Program-made: the position numbers and the translations under genes
Source of the DNA: Podarcis gaigeae
Lineage: Eukaryota
Strand: one strand, 5' to 3'
Length of the DNA stretch: 64,000 nucleotides
Assembly (NCBI GenBank): GCA_964106915.2
Contig: OZ066927.1
Part shown: positions 25,501 to 39,000 of the stretch, one piece after another
Layout: every line of letters starts with the position of its first letter
Numbering within the stretch: the first letter of the stretch is position 1
The notes under the pieces: model-generated
What the model was told of the DNA's origin: nothing
What the model saw: only the letters and a program-made list of their open reading frames with translations
The model's database searches: none

Positions 25501-26999
25501 AGTTGGGGGCTGTGCCTTTCCCCTTCTAGAGTGATAATTCCCAGAGTGGTTTAACACTCAGTCCCTCTTCCAAGGGAGCTCGGCAAACTGTAGTTCCAAG
25601 AGGGGAATTTGGGTCTCCTAACAACTTCCAACACCCTCAAGAAACTCTACTTCCCAGGATTCTTTGGGGAGAAGCCCATGATTGTTTACAGCAGTAGCAT
25701 AGTGCTTTAAATGTATGATGCGGATGTGGCCAAATACTCTGGGCCAAATGGGGAGGGTTACCCAAAATAGATTCTGCCTCAACTTCAGTTTACAGAGATT
25801 ATATCTTGCTTCAGGAGCTGGTGCTTAGTCAAACAAACTCAGAGGTGCTCTTCCAGACCCAAGGATCAAGGCCTTCTTTGAGCTATGCTATGTGAGTCGA
25901 TACCTCAGGACCAGCTCAGTTCCCTTGAGCCTTTTTTTAAGCTTCCTTGGCAGGCTTTTTGACAGCTGTGTCTGACTCAAGACCGGAGTCCAGGACTCAC
26001 ATGAAAAAGCTGAAAAACCAACCATTCTCTCTCAATGAACAAACACAGAGCAAACACAAAGCAATAGAGCTCATGAAAACTTGGCTCCTACACGGATATT
26101 GAATGATACAGGGACATGTTAAGACTGCATGGTCACTCAACAAGCTATGGCTCATACCTGGAAGGCCGTACAAGGACTACCCTTGGAGTTGCAGTGTAAA
26201 AATATTTGGTGTTCAGCCATGGCTGAGAAAATAATTCACAACTCAAAAGTGAAAAAGGAATCAGAAAAACCAGATAAATTTTATGCAATATGGTAGCCGT
26301 TTGTTACGAAACTGGTCTTAAGGATACACTCTCCAGTGGCGTAGCGTGGGTTGTCAGCACCCGGGGCAAGTAATTTGCACCCCCTAACCCATGGATTTGC
26401 GCTGCCTAACCCCCAGATGTTGCGCCCGGTGCAGCCGGCCCCCCCTGCACCCCCCACGCTATGCCACTGACACTCTCCAAAGTATCTTTGCAGATATGTC
26501 TATCCTGAATGTGGGTGGCACTGTGGGTTAAACCACAGAGCCTAGGGCTTGCCGATCAGAAGGTTGGCGGTTCGAATCCCCGCGACGGGGTGAGCTCCCG
26601 TTCCTCGGTCCCTGCTCCTGCCAACCTAGCAGTTCGAAAGCACGCCAAAGTGTGGGGAAGGTACTTCCTCTGGCGGGAAGGTAAACGGCGTTTCCGTGCG
26701 CTGCTCTGGTTCGCCAGAAGCGGCTTAGTCATGCTGGCCACATGACCCGGAAGCTGTACGCCGGGTCCCTCGGCCAATAAAGCAAGATGAGCGCCGCAAC
26801 CCCAGAGTCGGTCACGATTGGACCTAATGGTAAGGGGCCCCTTTACCTTTACGTTTACTATCCTGAACAGTACAGCTCAAACAACATTCTTCCTTGGCAA
26901 CAACTGTCTGTGTCAGATAAAAACCATTTTTGTACTGTCCCCAGGACATTACAGCTGGAAATTTGGATAATTTGTATGGATTCATAAGAAGCATCCATG

Positions 27000-27053
<54 letters not shown>

Positions 27054-30000
27054 AGACCCCCTGTGTGTATGCATTCCTTGTTGTAGAAGCAGAGTTTCAG
27101 AGCTCTTACAGTTTTATGTAAGAAGTTGAAATATACATTTAAAATGGCAATGCTATGGAGCGAGCATTCAAGAAAGGAAAAGTGCCCTGGGAATGAACCA
27201 CTGTTATCTTCTGCTGCTGTCTCCTCTGTTGGAAAAGGGGGAGCTGGAAGCTAAGCTCTTCCATTTTTAAAGATTGATCATTCAGATGGAAGGGAGTTAA
27301 TCTGCTCTTCTGTTTTTGAACTAAGTGTCTATGTGTTTCTAAGTCGTAAACAGTTAGTCTCCGAGGGTGTGTTACAATTCCCAGAAGCGAGGTCTGTTAT
27401 GTCTGACATGCAACAGAATCCAAGAAAGCTCCCTCTCCCCCTCTTTTCTCTGTATACTTTTGATAAAACACGCACACGTTTGATAGAAACCATGACCTTC
27501 TGTGTCAGATCCCAGCCAACAGCTTTCCCAAGTTTTAGGAGTTATTTCATTGGGGGGTGGGATGTATTTTAGAAAGTTTACTTTTGTGTGTTTCGGTGAC
27601 ACAATACTAAAATGTAATAATTATCCCAATGTTTCTGTGCAACAAGCAGTATTCTTGGACCTCACCAGTACTCTTCTAAAGCACCATCCTTGAAAATCTA
27701 AATGGCCAGCAAAGATTCCAGGGCTGAAATGATGCCGTTCATACATCTAGCAATGGTGTGAATGCTACTTTAAGAAGGTAGGGTAGGGCCTGCCCTCCTG
27801 TCAAAGTGGTTTGTGGAGGTTAGGGGATGTTGGGATCTGGCCGGCTTGTCTGATCCAGTTCCCCAATCCAGGAATCAAAATATTGTTTCACCATCTCTTT
27901 ACAGATTCCCCGCTGTCCCAATAGACCAACATGGCTGCCTCTCTGTGTATGTGTGTTAGAGATACTTGAAGATGCAGTTTGGTCTTTGTTTTTAAATGGA
28001 ACAACCTGATTTGTGCTTCCTGGATGGAACACAATTGTCTTGCAGTTTCGCAATTCTCTGAAATTTATGAGACAGTTCCTGGCTCAAAAAAAGAAAAAGA
28101 AAAAAAGTCTATTAGGTTAAAGTGTACATTTTAGGATAAAATGTGAACTAAAGTGTGTATTTTGTGGGGTGAAACACAATGAGTAATATTCAAGTCCTAC
28201 TCAGAACAGACCCATGAAAATAAATGAACGTTAGTCCTGTCTACTAGCTTCAATGGGTCTACTCTGAACAGGACAAACATTGAATACCACCCATTCAAGT
28301 TAACAGATGTGCCTAACTTAGGTCCAATAATTTTGGTGAGTCTACTTTGAGTAAAATGCAGTTGGCTATAACCCTATAATATTAATTTTGGGCTTTTTAA
28401 AAATAGTTGATGGCTACAGAAATGGGACTGAGGTCACTTCTAGATGACCTGTTTTATGAGTATTCTTCCCAATTTGTCAGTGGAGAGATTAGACAACACG
28501 GGCTGTTTAATGAGCATTCATTGTGGTTTGCATGTGGGGAAATGAAATGATGTTGCATCAAGCATCATCACACGTTTTTTCATGCATTTCCCTGCTACTT
28601 TCCTTTGCCATGTTACGAACAAATCTCAACTGAAAATAATGACAACTTGGAAGTGCCCTGAATGGACTCAGCAATGAACACGTGACACTTACTTTTATCT
28701 AATCTGCTCTATGTTGCATCTTACCTTGTCGTCGTCATCTTCATCCTCCTCTACATCAATGCAATCCTTAAAAAAGCAAAACAGAAAATTAATCCAAATT
28801 CCAAAGTGCTTAGCATAATTAATATCATTCTATTTATTTAAACATTTAAGGGGAACCCTGCTGGATCAGCCCAAGGGTGAATCAAGTCTATCATTCCACT
28901 GTGGTCAAACTGGATGTCTATGGGATCCCATAAACAATATATAAAGGCAACTAGCCCTTTCCTGCTGTTTGTTCCCTGGCAACTGAGAACATGAGAAGAG
29001 CCCGCTGGATCAGGCCAATAGCTCATCTAATCCAGCATCCTGTTCTCACAGTGGCCACCCAGAGGCCTGTGGGAAACCCTCAAGCAGGGCCAGAGCACCA
29101 TGTGGTTTCCAGCAAATGGCATTCAGAAGCATTACTGTTGCCAACCATAGAAGCAGAGCATAGCCATCATGGCTAGTAGCCATGATCATCACCAGTTGCA
29201 TTTTGACTCTAGTGCTATAGGTCCTGACTAGGTAACAAGTAGCCCTCTAGATGTTGCTGGCTGGGGCTGATGGAAGTTGGAGAGTCCAACAAATTTGGAG
29301 GATCACAGGCTACCTAACACTGCTGCTGGCATTCACACAACTAGGCTTGGCATTAGTGTGAAGTGTTGTATCCAAGGTCAGTCCTGCTCCGAGTTGATCC
29401 TTGAAATCAATTAACTTGGGTTTATTACTTTCAGTAGCTCTGCTCTGAGTAAACCCATCTTAGATAAAGCTCAACGTCTCTATAATGGTCCATCAATAAT
29501 GACTAATCAAAAATGGCTGGTAATCGTCAATTCATTTGATTTCTTTCTCCACACAACATAGTGTAATTCCAGAGTCACAACTTCCTTTTAAAAAATTAAT
29601 AATTAAAACCTTGGATTATGACATTTTAAAACAATTGCTTTTTAATCCTCAAGGACTCTTCCCATCCTTTGGTCCATGTTCAGAAAACGGTAACAGAAAT
29701 AACTCTCAACCATGACACAATTTTATGTTGGAACAAAGCTATCAGCAGCAGATGCAAGCCGAACCGTTCTAAAGGCAAGAAGGTTCAATTCTTATTTTTT
29801 TTCCCCTTTTTTTAATGCTATTTTAATCCATTGCCAAGTTCTACTCTCGGTAAGCAGCTTTGTTCTTCCTCTGACAAATGAACCAGTTGGAATGTCAAGG
29901 CTGAGAATTCTTCTACACTCAGTTTATTCTATTCTCATTGCTTGTTTCAATGGCTGTTCGCTCCCTTTAGGGCCATTACCGAAACATTAGGGGGCAGAAA

Positions 30001-33000
30001 ATACATTAGCACACACATAATCAATCTTAAGAATCAGATACAAAATTCTATACAGCATTATCACTCCACTTGCTAAGAAAAATGGGAGGGGTGGTGGGGG
30101 AAAGGTTATGATTGAAGTGTAGGGGTAACAGGCATTTCAACACAGGTTCTTTGCTAGCAACACATAAAAAAAAAGATTATCCAGGTCAGCAGGAACATTT
30201 CTTTTGAATAGGCAGATTTATTTATTTATTTTTAAATACAATAAGTGGAATGGAGGAAATGTTGAAGTGCAGAATTAAAAGTTGAGTTGGTAAATAAAAT
30301 AAAATAAAATCCATTTTCGGGGCACAGGACTAAGCTCTTGAAAAGATTCAACTTGCGTTCCATTTTCCAGAAGATGGAAGATGCAACAATGAGATTGATG
30401 ATCTTGGACCTGATCCTCACCAACAGCGAAGAACTGGTCAATAAGGTGGAAGTAGTGGGGACCTTGAGAGGAAGCGACCACATCCCTTTGGTATTCATTA
30501 TACAGAGGAAAAGGAAAGCCAAGTGTAGTCGGACATCCACTTTGGACTTCTAGAAAGTGGACATCAAAAAGCTGGGTTAGATTCCACAGTCAGAAATACT
30601 CAAAGAGAAGGGAGTCCATGGTAGATGGGGGTTTCTTAAAGGTGAGATACTGAAGGCACAATCTCAAACAATTCCAACAAGACAGAAAAGTGGGATGCAT
30701 CTAAAGAAACTGGTGTGGTTGCACAATGAGCTTACAGATGAGCTTAGAGTTAAGAAGGGCATGTATAAGAAATGGAAAAAGAGGTATCTCATGAAGGAAG
30801 AGTATAAACGAGCAGCCGACACTTGCAGGGGGAAGGTCTGGTAGGCTAAAGCTCAGAATGAGCTCAGACTTACAAGAGAGGTTAAAAATAATAATAAATG
30901 TTGTTGTTTTTTCTTGGCTATGTTCAAAGCAAGAGAAAGAACAAAAATATTGTGTTCTTTGTGTGGAGAAGATGGAGAGTATTCCGTGATGGAAAGCAAG
31001 TGAAAGTGCTCAATACCTACTTTCTCTCTGCCTTCTTCCAAAAGAAAAAATAGTGCCCAACCGGGTGATAATAAAATAAATGATGCAGAGGGGGAGCCCA
31101 AAACAGAAAAAAAGAGGTGGTAAAGGAACAGCTGGCTACTTTGAATGAATTCAAATATCCAGTGCCTGATGAACTGCAACCAAGGGTACTAAAGGAACTT
31201 GCAGATGCAATTGTAGAGCTTCTGTCTATAATCTTAAGAGAATTCTTAGGAAATTCTATGGACTGGAGGTGGGCAAATGTTGTCCCCACCTTCAAAAAGT
31301 GGGAGAAAGAGGACACAAACAGCTTTAAGCTGATCAGCTTGATGCTAATAGCAGGAAAGGTCCAGAAACAGAAAATTAAAGAGTCATGTGTGATCACTTT
31401 AAAAGGGATGTCATGATTACTAAGAGCCTGCATGGGTTTCTGAAAAGCAAGTCATTCCAGATCACTCTATTTTAAAATTTTGATAGAGTTAAAAAGCTTG
31501 GTGGATCAGGGGAATGCTGTGGATGCAATGTATCTTGATTTAAGCAAGGCTTTGGACAAAGCACCTGAAGATATTCTTGTGGAGAAGCTGGTGAGGGGTT
31601 GGGAATGGTGACATCTGGAATCAAAAGGAAGTCATGGGGTCATGTTATGGATGTATCAGTGCACCGACAGTGCACCCAGCTGCCTGCAGGTTTGGAGGGA
31701 GTATGAAATGCCCCTATGTGCATACAAGTGTACACAGGAATAGCCCTCCTGGAACAGGCCAATGGCCCATCAAGTCCAGCATCCTCTTCTCACAGTGGCC
31801 AACCAGATGCCCACGGGAAGCCTGAAAGCAGAATCTGAGTACAACAGGACTCTCCACAGTTGTGCTCCCCAGCAAGTGGAATTCAGAATCATACTAAAAG
31901 TGGAGGTAGAACATAGCCATCTTGGCTAGTAGCTATTGATAGCCTTATCTCCCATAAATATGTCTAATTTCCCGTTAAATCCATTTAGGCTGGTGGCTAA
32001 GGCTGCCTATTGTGGGAGCAAATTCCATAGTTTCACAATGCACTGTCTTTTGCCTGTTCTGAATCTTCCAAAATGCAGCTCATTGGATGGCCTTGAGTTC
32101 AAGTATCACAAGGGAGAAATACCTTTCCCTATCTATGAATCCCATCTTCCATGAATTTGTCAAATCCTCTTTTAAAGCCATCCAGGTCACTGTCCCTTGT
32201 GGAAGCAAATTCCATAATTTAACTATGCACAGTGCAAATAAATACTTTTTGTGTGTGTCTTGTATCCCCTAAAGTTTGGTTTCATTGGATGTCCATGAAT
32301 TCTATTGTTATAAGAGAGGGAGAAAAGCTTTTCTCTATCCACTTTTACCACGCTGCACCTAATTTTGCACACTTCTATCGTGTCACTTCTTACTTCCCAT
32401 TTCTCTAAACTAGAAAGCCCCAAATGTCACAGAATTACTTCACAGGGAAGTTCCTCCTTTCCCTGGATCATTTGCCCTTTTCCAAACCTTTTCCAGCTCT
32501 ACAATATCCTTTCTGAAGTGAGGTGACCAGAACGGTACACAGTGTAAATGTAATGCTTACATGCACAAGGCCTCCCGTATGTGAGAGGGAATCAGCCTGG
32601 GCTAATTGGATTTCCCCCTCATGTAGGTCCCTTTCACACGGTCCCTGAAAGTGGGCATGGCTAGTCAGTGTGAACCCCCTCTCCAGCCCCTCACACATGC
32701 TTTCAATGGCATAAGAAGCTTCCTATGAACCCTCCTAAAATGAACTTTTGAAAATAATGTGTGATGGGGAACGGGAGGCTGTAAAGAAAAATAGTGTGCT
32801 CGACAAGACGTATGGCAAATCGCAACATCCATCACCCGCTTAGCATCAGTGGACAGAATCCTTGGGATTTCAGTGGGACAGCAATGTGTCGTCAGAGAAT
32901 GAGTGATGGAGAGGGGTTGTTTTTAACTCTGTGTCCTCAGCCATCATCAGGTTTGCTGGATTTCACTATACCATTTTATCCCCCATAAAAACCCAATACA

Positions 33001-36000
33001 AACCTATCCCCTTTGCATTCGATAATGACTTGTTTGTCCCAAATTCCACCTAGAGAGCAAAACTTCAATTTTCCAGATGTAATAAAAGCCATGTTAAATG
33101 TTTTTACGGCTCCATCTGTAGGGATTAGGACTTCACTCTGATTACTTGGCCTCTAACCATTTGTCTTCGTATTTGATGTGCCTGAAATGGTCAGCTAACT
33201 GAAAATGCCATTTGCCCCAATCTGCAACTCTTGTCTCTCAAGTGGGGGTGGGGTGGAGAGCAGTCTCTGAACAGAACCAGAAAAGTAAAAATAAATAAAA
33301 ATAAAATGGCAGGAAGATGCTTGAATACAACTTAATTATAACCACAGTGCTATTATAATTGTTGCTGTTGTTGTTCTCAATGTGGCATACATGGTCTACC
33401 TCCTCCCCATTTTACCCACACAGCAACACTATGAGGTAGGTTAGGCTGAGTGACAATCAATAGCCCAAAGATCAGCATGGATTTATGGATGAGTGAGGAT
33501 TTGGGGCCTGGGTCTCACAGTCTAACTAACCAATACACCAAACTGATTACTGCTTCCCCCAAGGTCCTATCCAGATTGAAAGTAACATAAAGTTGCTCAT
33601 AAGATTTGCTCTCTTTGAAGTTTCACAAGGTGAATCACAGAGAGTTGCATTTTGACAGACAGGTTTAAAAACAGATCCCTGCATGTTACGAAGAAGCATC
33701 CTGTTCCTTTCTAACTCCACAGACTTTCTGAACTTTAGTTTTGTTTTTTAATGCGCAGAAAAAAATTCCTCTTCAGAACCCCCTCGCCTCATTTCGCCAT
33801 CTTAGGGCTCTCGTGGAAAAGGATTTGGGCGCTTCAAAAGGGCAAGAGTACCAAGCAAAGTTACTTCAACTGAAGGTGGAAGAAGAGAAGGCAAAACCAT
33901 TAAGCAAAGTTTAAAAGCTGACCCGAATTAATCTTAGTTTGATTCAAACTGATGACAAAAGCAGCTCATTTTAAGAATATCTGTTGTGGTTTTGTATATA
34001 ATGACTATAGCAATGTTAACAGAACCAGCTGGACACAAGCAATTGTGTTCAAGATGGATGAAGTTACTATGGTATACCATATCCATCTCTCTTATCTCAC
34101 AGTCATATCAGGTCAAATCAGACTGGCAGGCTTGTGAGGCATTATGCCACCTTTTCCAGCCTTCCTGGCACTCTCCAGATCTATTTTGGACTGTAACTCT
34201 TATCAGCCCCAGTTGAGTCCTTCCCAGTCTTATCTAACCCATGGAAGTTGTAAGTCCAATACATTCGACAGGTTCCAGGTGGGATACAGCTGCATTGCAA
34301 AAAAAAAAAAAAAATCAGCAAATTCCCCAGATCTCTTGTTTTGTTTTGACTTATTTTGTTGTTGTTTTATGGTTTCAGGTTGTATTTTGGTTTTAATGGA
34401 TATTGTTTTGCTATTTTATAAAGTGTCCACGACTTAAAGATTTCAAAAATAATTAAAAAAAGTGGTTTAGAAACACTTTTAAATGAAATAAATAAATGAA
34501 ATAGATGCATTATGGGGCAGAGTGTGCTCAACATAGGCCTGTCTCGTAACACCTCCAACAACTATCCTAAATTGATAGATTGAATTTGTACTGAAGACTT
34601 GTCTGAACAAGCTATGTGCTGCCTGTGGGGTTTGCTTTTAAGGAAACACATATAGGGCCGTATTCAACAATAGTCCTACTCATAGGAGATGTACTGAAAT
34701 TAGAGGACATGGCTAAGTTAGGTCCACACATTTCTAAGGGTACAAACGTAGTTGGACCTAGCTGAAAATAACCCATAGGGCTGTTATAAAGAAGCTTGGC
34801 ACAACAAGCGATGATAGGGCTGTCATACGTCCGGTGTTTTGTCCTGGATCAATTAAAAAAAGTGCTTGTTTGGCATTTGTATAAAAAACACTCAACAACT
34901 TTATAGTTGCTCTTTTTGCTTTGGCGGCCAAAAAGCTAAGAAAGAAGACCTTGAACAACACAGCAGTGAACTGTAAGGGAGACACAGGGATCTAAACAGA
35001 GACCATTATTTGTGATGCAACAGCCCTTTTACTTCTTAAGACCCCTATGTATTTTTGATTCAGATGTTTCATGTCCAACGGCTAGTACAAGAAAGTTATT
35101 TGAATTCGAAAAAAAGCTCAACAACTTTCAGGGTGTCCTGGTTTTTTTTACTTTTTGAAATATGGCACCCTAATCAATGAATGCAGGGAAATAAAGTCAG
35201 AGAAACTTTGGTTTTGATTCAAGCTATGTGTGTGAATGCTAGGGGTGGAAGGCCCTATTAATTTCAGTTTTCCTGGTGTCAGGACTGCCGCTAGGTCCCA
35301 GCTCACAGAGGACCAACGCCCAGTGGATATTATATACAAAAGTCTTTATTGAAGTTTGGTTTCCATTTCCAAGCTCTGGGCGCGCAGGCCCACGTCTTAA
35401 CGCTAGACCGGCTAAGTCCCCTCTGACTCACTGCTCCACCCACACCAGTTTAAGATTCTAGCCCGGCTCCACCTCTTGCGCTGCTCTTTCCTGCGTTGGG
35501 TCCTTCTGCCCTCTGGGGTTCCCTCCTTCCTGGACTCCTCTGACGCGGAGCCTCCTGAGTCTTGCCCCTCCCTCCGGCGGGCTTTAGGACCTGGCTCCCT
35601 TCCCGGGCTCCCCGCTGTGCCGCGCTCCTGTACATTTGAACTTGGCGCGCGCGCCCAGCCGGTGACTTTCCTTCTGACCGTTTCCCCGCTTCCTGATGTG
35701 GGTGTTGCCAAACCTGACTCCTCTCCTCCCTCTGGTGGTGAGGACACTGGTCCCGACTCCTGGGACTCCCCCTCCCCACTGCGCTCTGGTGGAGACGCTG
35801 GCCCTGATCTCCAGCTGCTGTTCAGGGACTCCCCGCTGGCCCCTCCCTCTTGAGGTTTCTCCCTTGGAATCTCCCTTGCTCTGGCCACCGGCGCTCCCTT
35901 CTGTGAGTCCTCCGATTCGCTAGAGAGGCTTGTGGAATAACTCTGGCCACTGTCACTGCCTGCGCCCCCCTCGTACTCCTCCTCCTCACTCTCCATTTGC

Positions 36001-39000
36001 TCCCCCTCCTGTGTCTCTCCTTCTGAACCCCTGACACCTGGTTTCTGATTTTTCTAATCTTAAATTCCCCTCTTCACATTTTACAGCAATTTGTTTTTTC
36101 TGCAATATAATACAGTGGTACCTCTGGATGTGATCGGGATCCGTTCCGGAGCCCCGTTCGCATCATGAACAGAACGCAACCCACGTCTGCACATGCACGG
36201 GGCGCGGGTTGCTGCATCTGTGCATGCGTGTGAAGTCATTCTGAGCATCTGCGCATGCGCGAGTGGCGAAACCCAAAAGTAACCCATTCCGTCACTTCCG
36301 GAATGCAAACTGAAGATTCAACCTGAAGCAAACATAACAAGAGGTATGACTGTATAATGCATTTCTTAGTGCTATCTTCACTGATATCTTCATTTTCACG
36401 CACCTTTTCCTCTAACATGTGTGTTTTTGTAGACATTGTTGGCTGGAAAACTGCACTGCAAAATTCAACTAAGTGTGAATTTTGAAGGATAGTTGTGTTC
36501 GTGTGTGCGTATTGCACATTTGAAAGATTTGGCTTTAAATGTGTACTGAATCAAATTCCTTCTCCATCCCTAGTAAAGACCAAAGGGGTTAAGCCTTAAT
36601 CAAGGTAAACAAGAAGTGAGGACTCTTTGGCCTTCCAGATGCTGTTGGAATCCCAACACACATCAGCCCCAGCAAGCTGATGGTGTCAGGGATGATAGGA
36701 ACTGTAGTCCATCGACACCAGGGGACCCAAGGAAGTACAACTCAAATCAGCCCCATCTCTCATGGCCAGTGGTCAAGGACCATGGGAGTTGTAGTCTATC
36801 AACATCTAGAGGGTCACAAACTCCCCATCCCTGGATTCACCTATATGACAACGCATAAATGCAACACACACCACTGTTCCATACTAAATTACAACCAGAA
36901 CCTGAAATATTAAGCACAACTTAACTTACCTGGGGGTCTTGTGTGCTGAACACTTTCTCTGGAGAGATGAGGGAGAAGTTGTAAGCAAAAAGGAGCAGTA
37001 AAGCCAAGGGCACCATGTACAAATCAAAATGCCAAACCGTGACAACGAATACCTAAATGAAACAAAGGAAGACAGAAGGGGCTATTTACATCATTTGATG
37101 AAAAGAAAAGAGGGGAAGGAAGAAAAGGGAGGTGTGAAGAACAAAGCTTCTGACTCTTCATTCCTATGTGCATCCTTGAAGCTTCGCTAACCTCTGATCT
37201 CTCCCACTTTTGCATTCATGGGAAGATAATCACTTTGGATGTTTCCATGTTCCAAGTGCACCACGTTAGAATTGTTAGCGTTACCTTCTACTTTTGATTT
37301 TATTCTCATTGTAGGGATGTACAATTATGTAAACAAACAAGAAAAGAGAGACCTTGATGAAAGTTGAAAAAAGCAAGAGAGAGAAAGAACAAGGGGGGGG
37401 GGTGGAATGGAACACTCATTGAAACTGTATAGAAGAAATGCCTGTCACCTGCAGAACCACAGTAAAAAAAAGATGTCAGGAGCCAGGATGCCATCTTGAT
37501 AACACAGCACTCAAGTTGTAATTAGTTTAAAGATTGATTGCAATACAAACACTCAGCCTCGGACACCTATCTGTATGTCCATGACTTATGAATCGGTTGA
37601 CCCTTCTGGAGAGCGATTCCGGTTATGGCACAATATCCGGACCCTATGCCCTTTCTGTTTCCAACTTTGTTTTCTAAGACCTTTCCCATATGTCTGCTCC
37701 TTGAATGAATTAACTCCCCTTACAGTGTGGAACTGCTTTCCCTCTCCCCTTGCCTGTGTCACTTGAGAGAGTTGGTTGCTGTCTAGCACACTCTCTGCAT
37801 TCCTGTCATTCTCAAAGTGAGGGGAGTTGATAAATTACTGTTCACAGCTGTCTGGGAAGAATGCAAGCCTCTCTCTTGTTGGCTGCTTCCTGACTCCTCT
37901 TGAGCTCTTATACCTCGGGGAGAAGTGTTCATGACAAAGGATGTCTCCTATCTGATTGTTTTCGTTAGACATGAGCCATGCTGTTATAATAATAATAATT
38001 TATTATTTATACCCCACCCATCTGGCTGAGTTTCCCCAGCCACTCTGGGCAGCTCCCAATCGAGTTAAAAACAATACAGCATTGAATACTAAAAACTTCC
38101 CTAAACAGGGCTGCCTTTTAAAAATAGGATAGCTGCTTATTTCCTTGACATCTCATGAGAGGGTGTTCCACAGGGCGGGTGCCACTACCGAGAAGGCCCT
38201 CGGTCTGGTTCCCTGTAACCTCACTTCTAGCAATGAGGGAACTGTCAGAAGGCCCTCGGTGCTGGATCTCAGTGTCCTGGCTGAACAATGGGGGTAGAGA
38301 CACTCCTTCAGGTATACAGGACCGAGGCTGTTTAGGGCTTTAAAGGTCAGCACCAACACTTTGAATTGTGCTCGGAAACGTACTGGGAGCCAATGCAGAT
38401 CTCTCTGCATTACTCATTCAGGGCCAAGAACATAAGAAGAACCTTTTTGGATCAGGCCCATGCCACATCTACTCTAGCATCCTGTTCTCACAGTGATGCC
38501 CATGTGAAGCCCACAAGAGCCCTCTCCCCCTCTGTGGTTTCTAGCAACTGGTATTCAGAAACATTACTGGCCTCTATCATGGCTAGGAGCGATTGATAGC
38601 CATGAGTTTGTCCCATTCTCTTTCAAAGCCATCCAAGCTGGTGAGTGTGAGTTCCATATTCATGTTCATTCTGCTTCCCAAAGTAGCCAGTATAGGAGAG
38701 CCAGTATGGGGAACCTCAGGTCTGGAGGCCACGTGGAGCTAGTCACACCTATCTGGCCCTTGGGACTCCCCCACAAGACGTACTCCTTCCTGAGTCACAC
38801 CCCTCACCAGGTCACCCTCCTCCAGTGCTTTCGCCTGTGTGCAATTTGTCCTTGAACTCCAAGAGTACTTCTTGTTGGGAGGGTAGAGAGGGGAGTATGA
38901 GTTTCTGTAGAAATTGTACAAAAGATAGCAATCACATTCAGTGTTCTTTCCACTTCTGCCTCTGGACCCAAGCACCCCATGACATATGGCCTCCAAATGG

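Noticed and set aside
26510-26590. tRNA-like sequence with A/B boxes (GGTTCGAATCCC)
   Set aside because: Head of a Sauria SINE, not a tRNA gene; the same holds for the other SINE heads.
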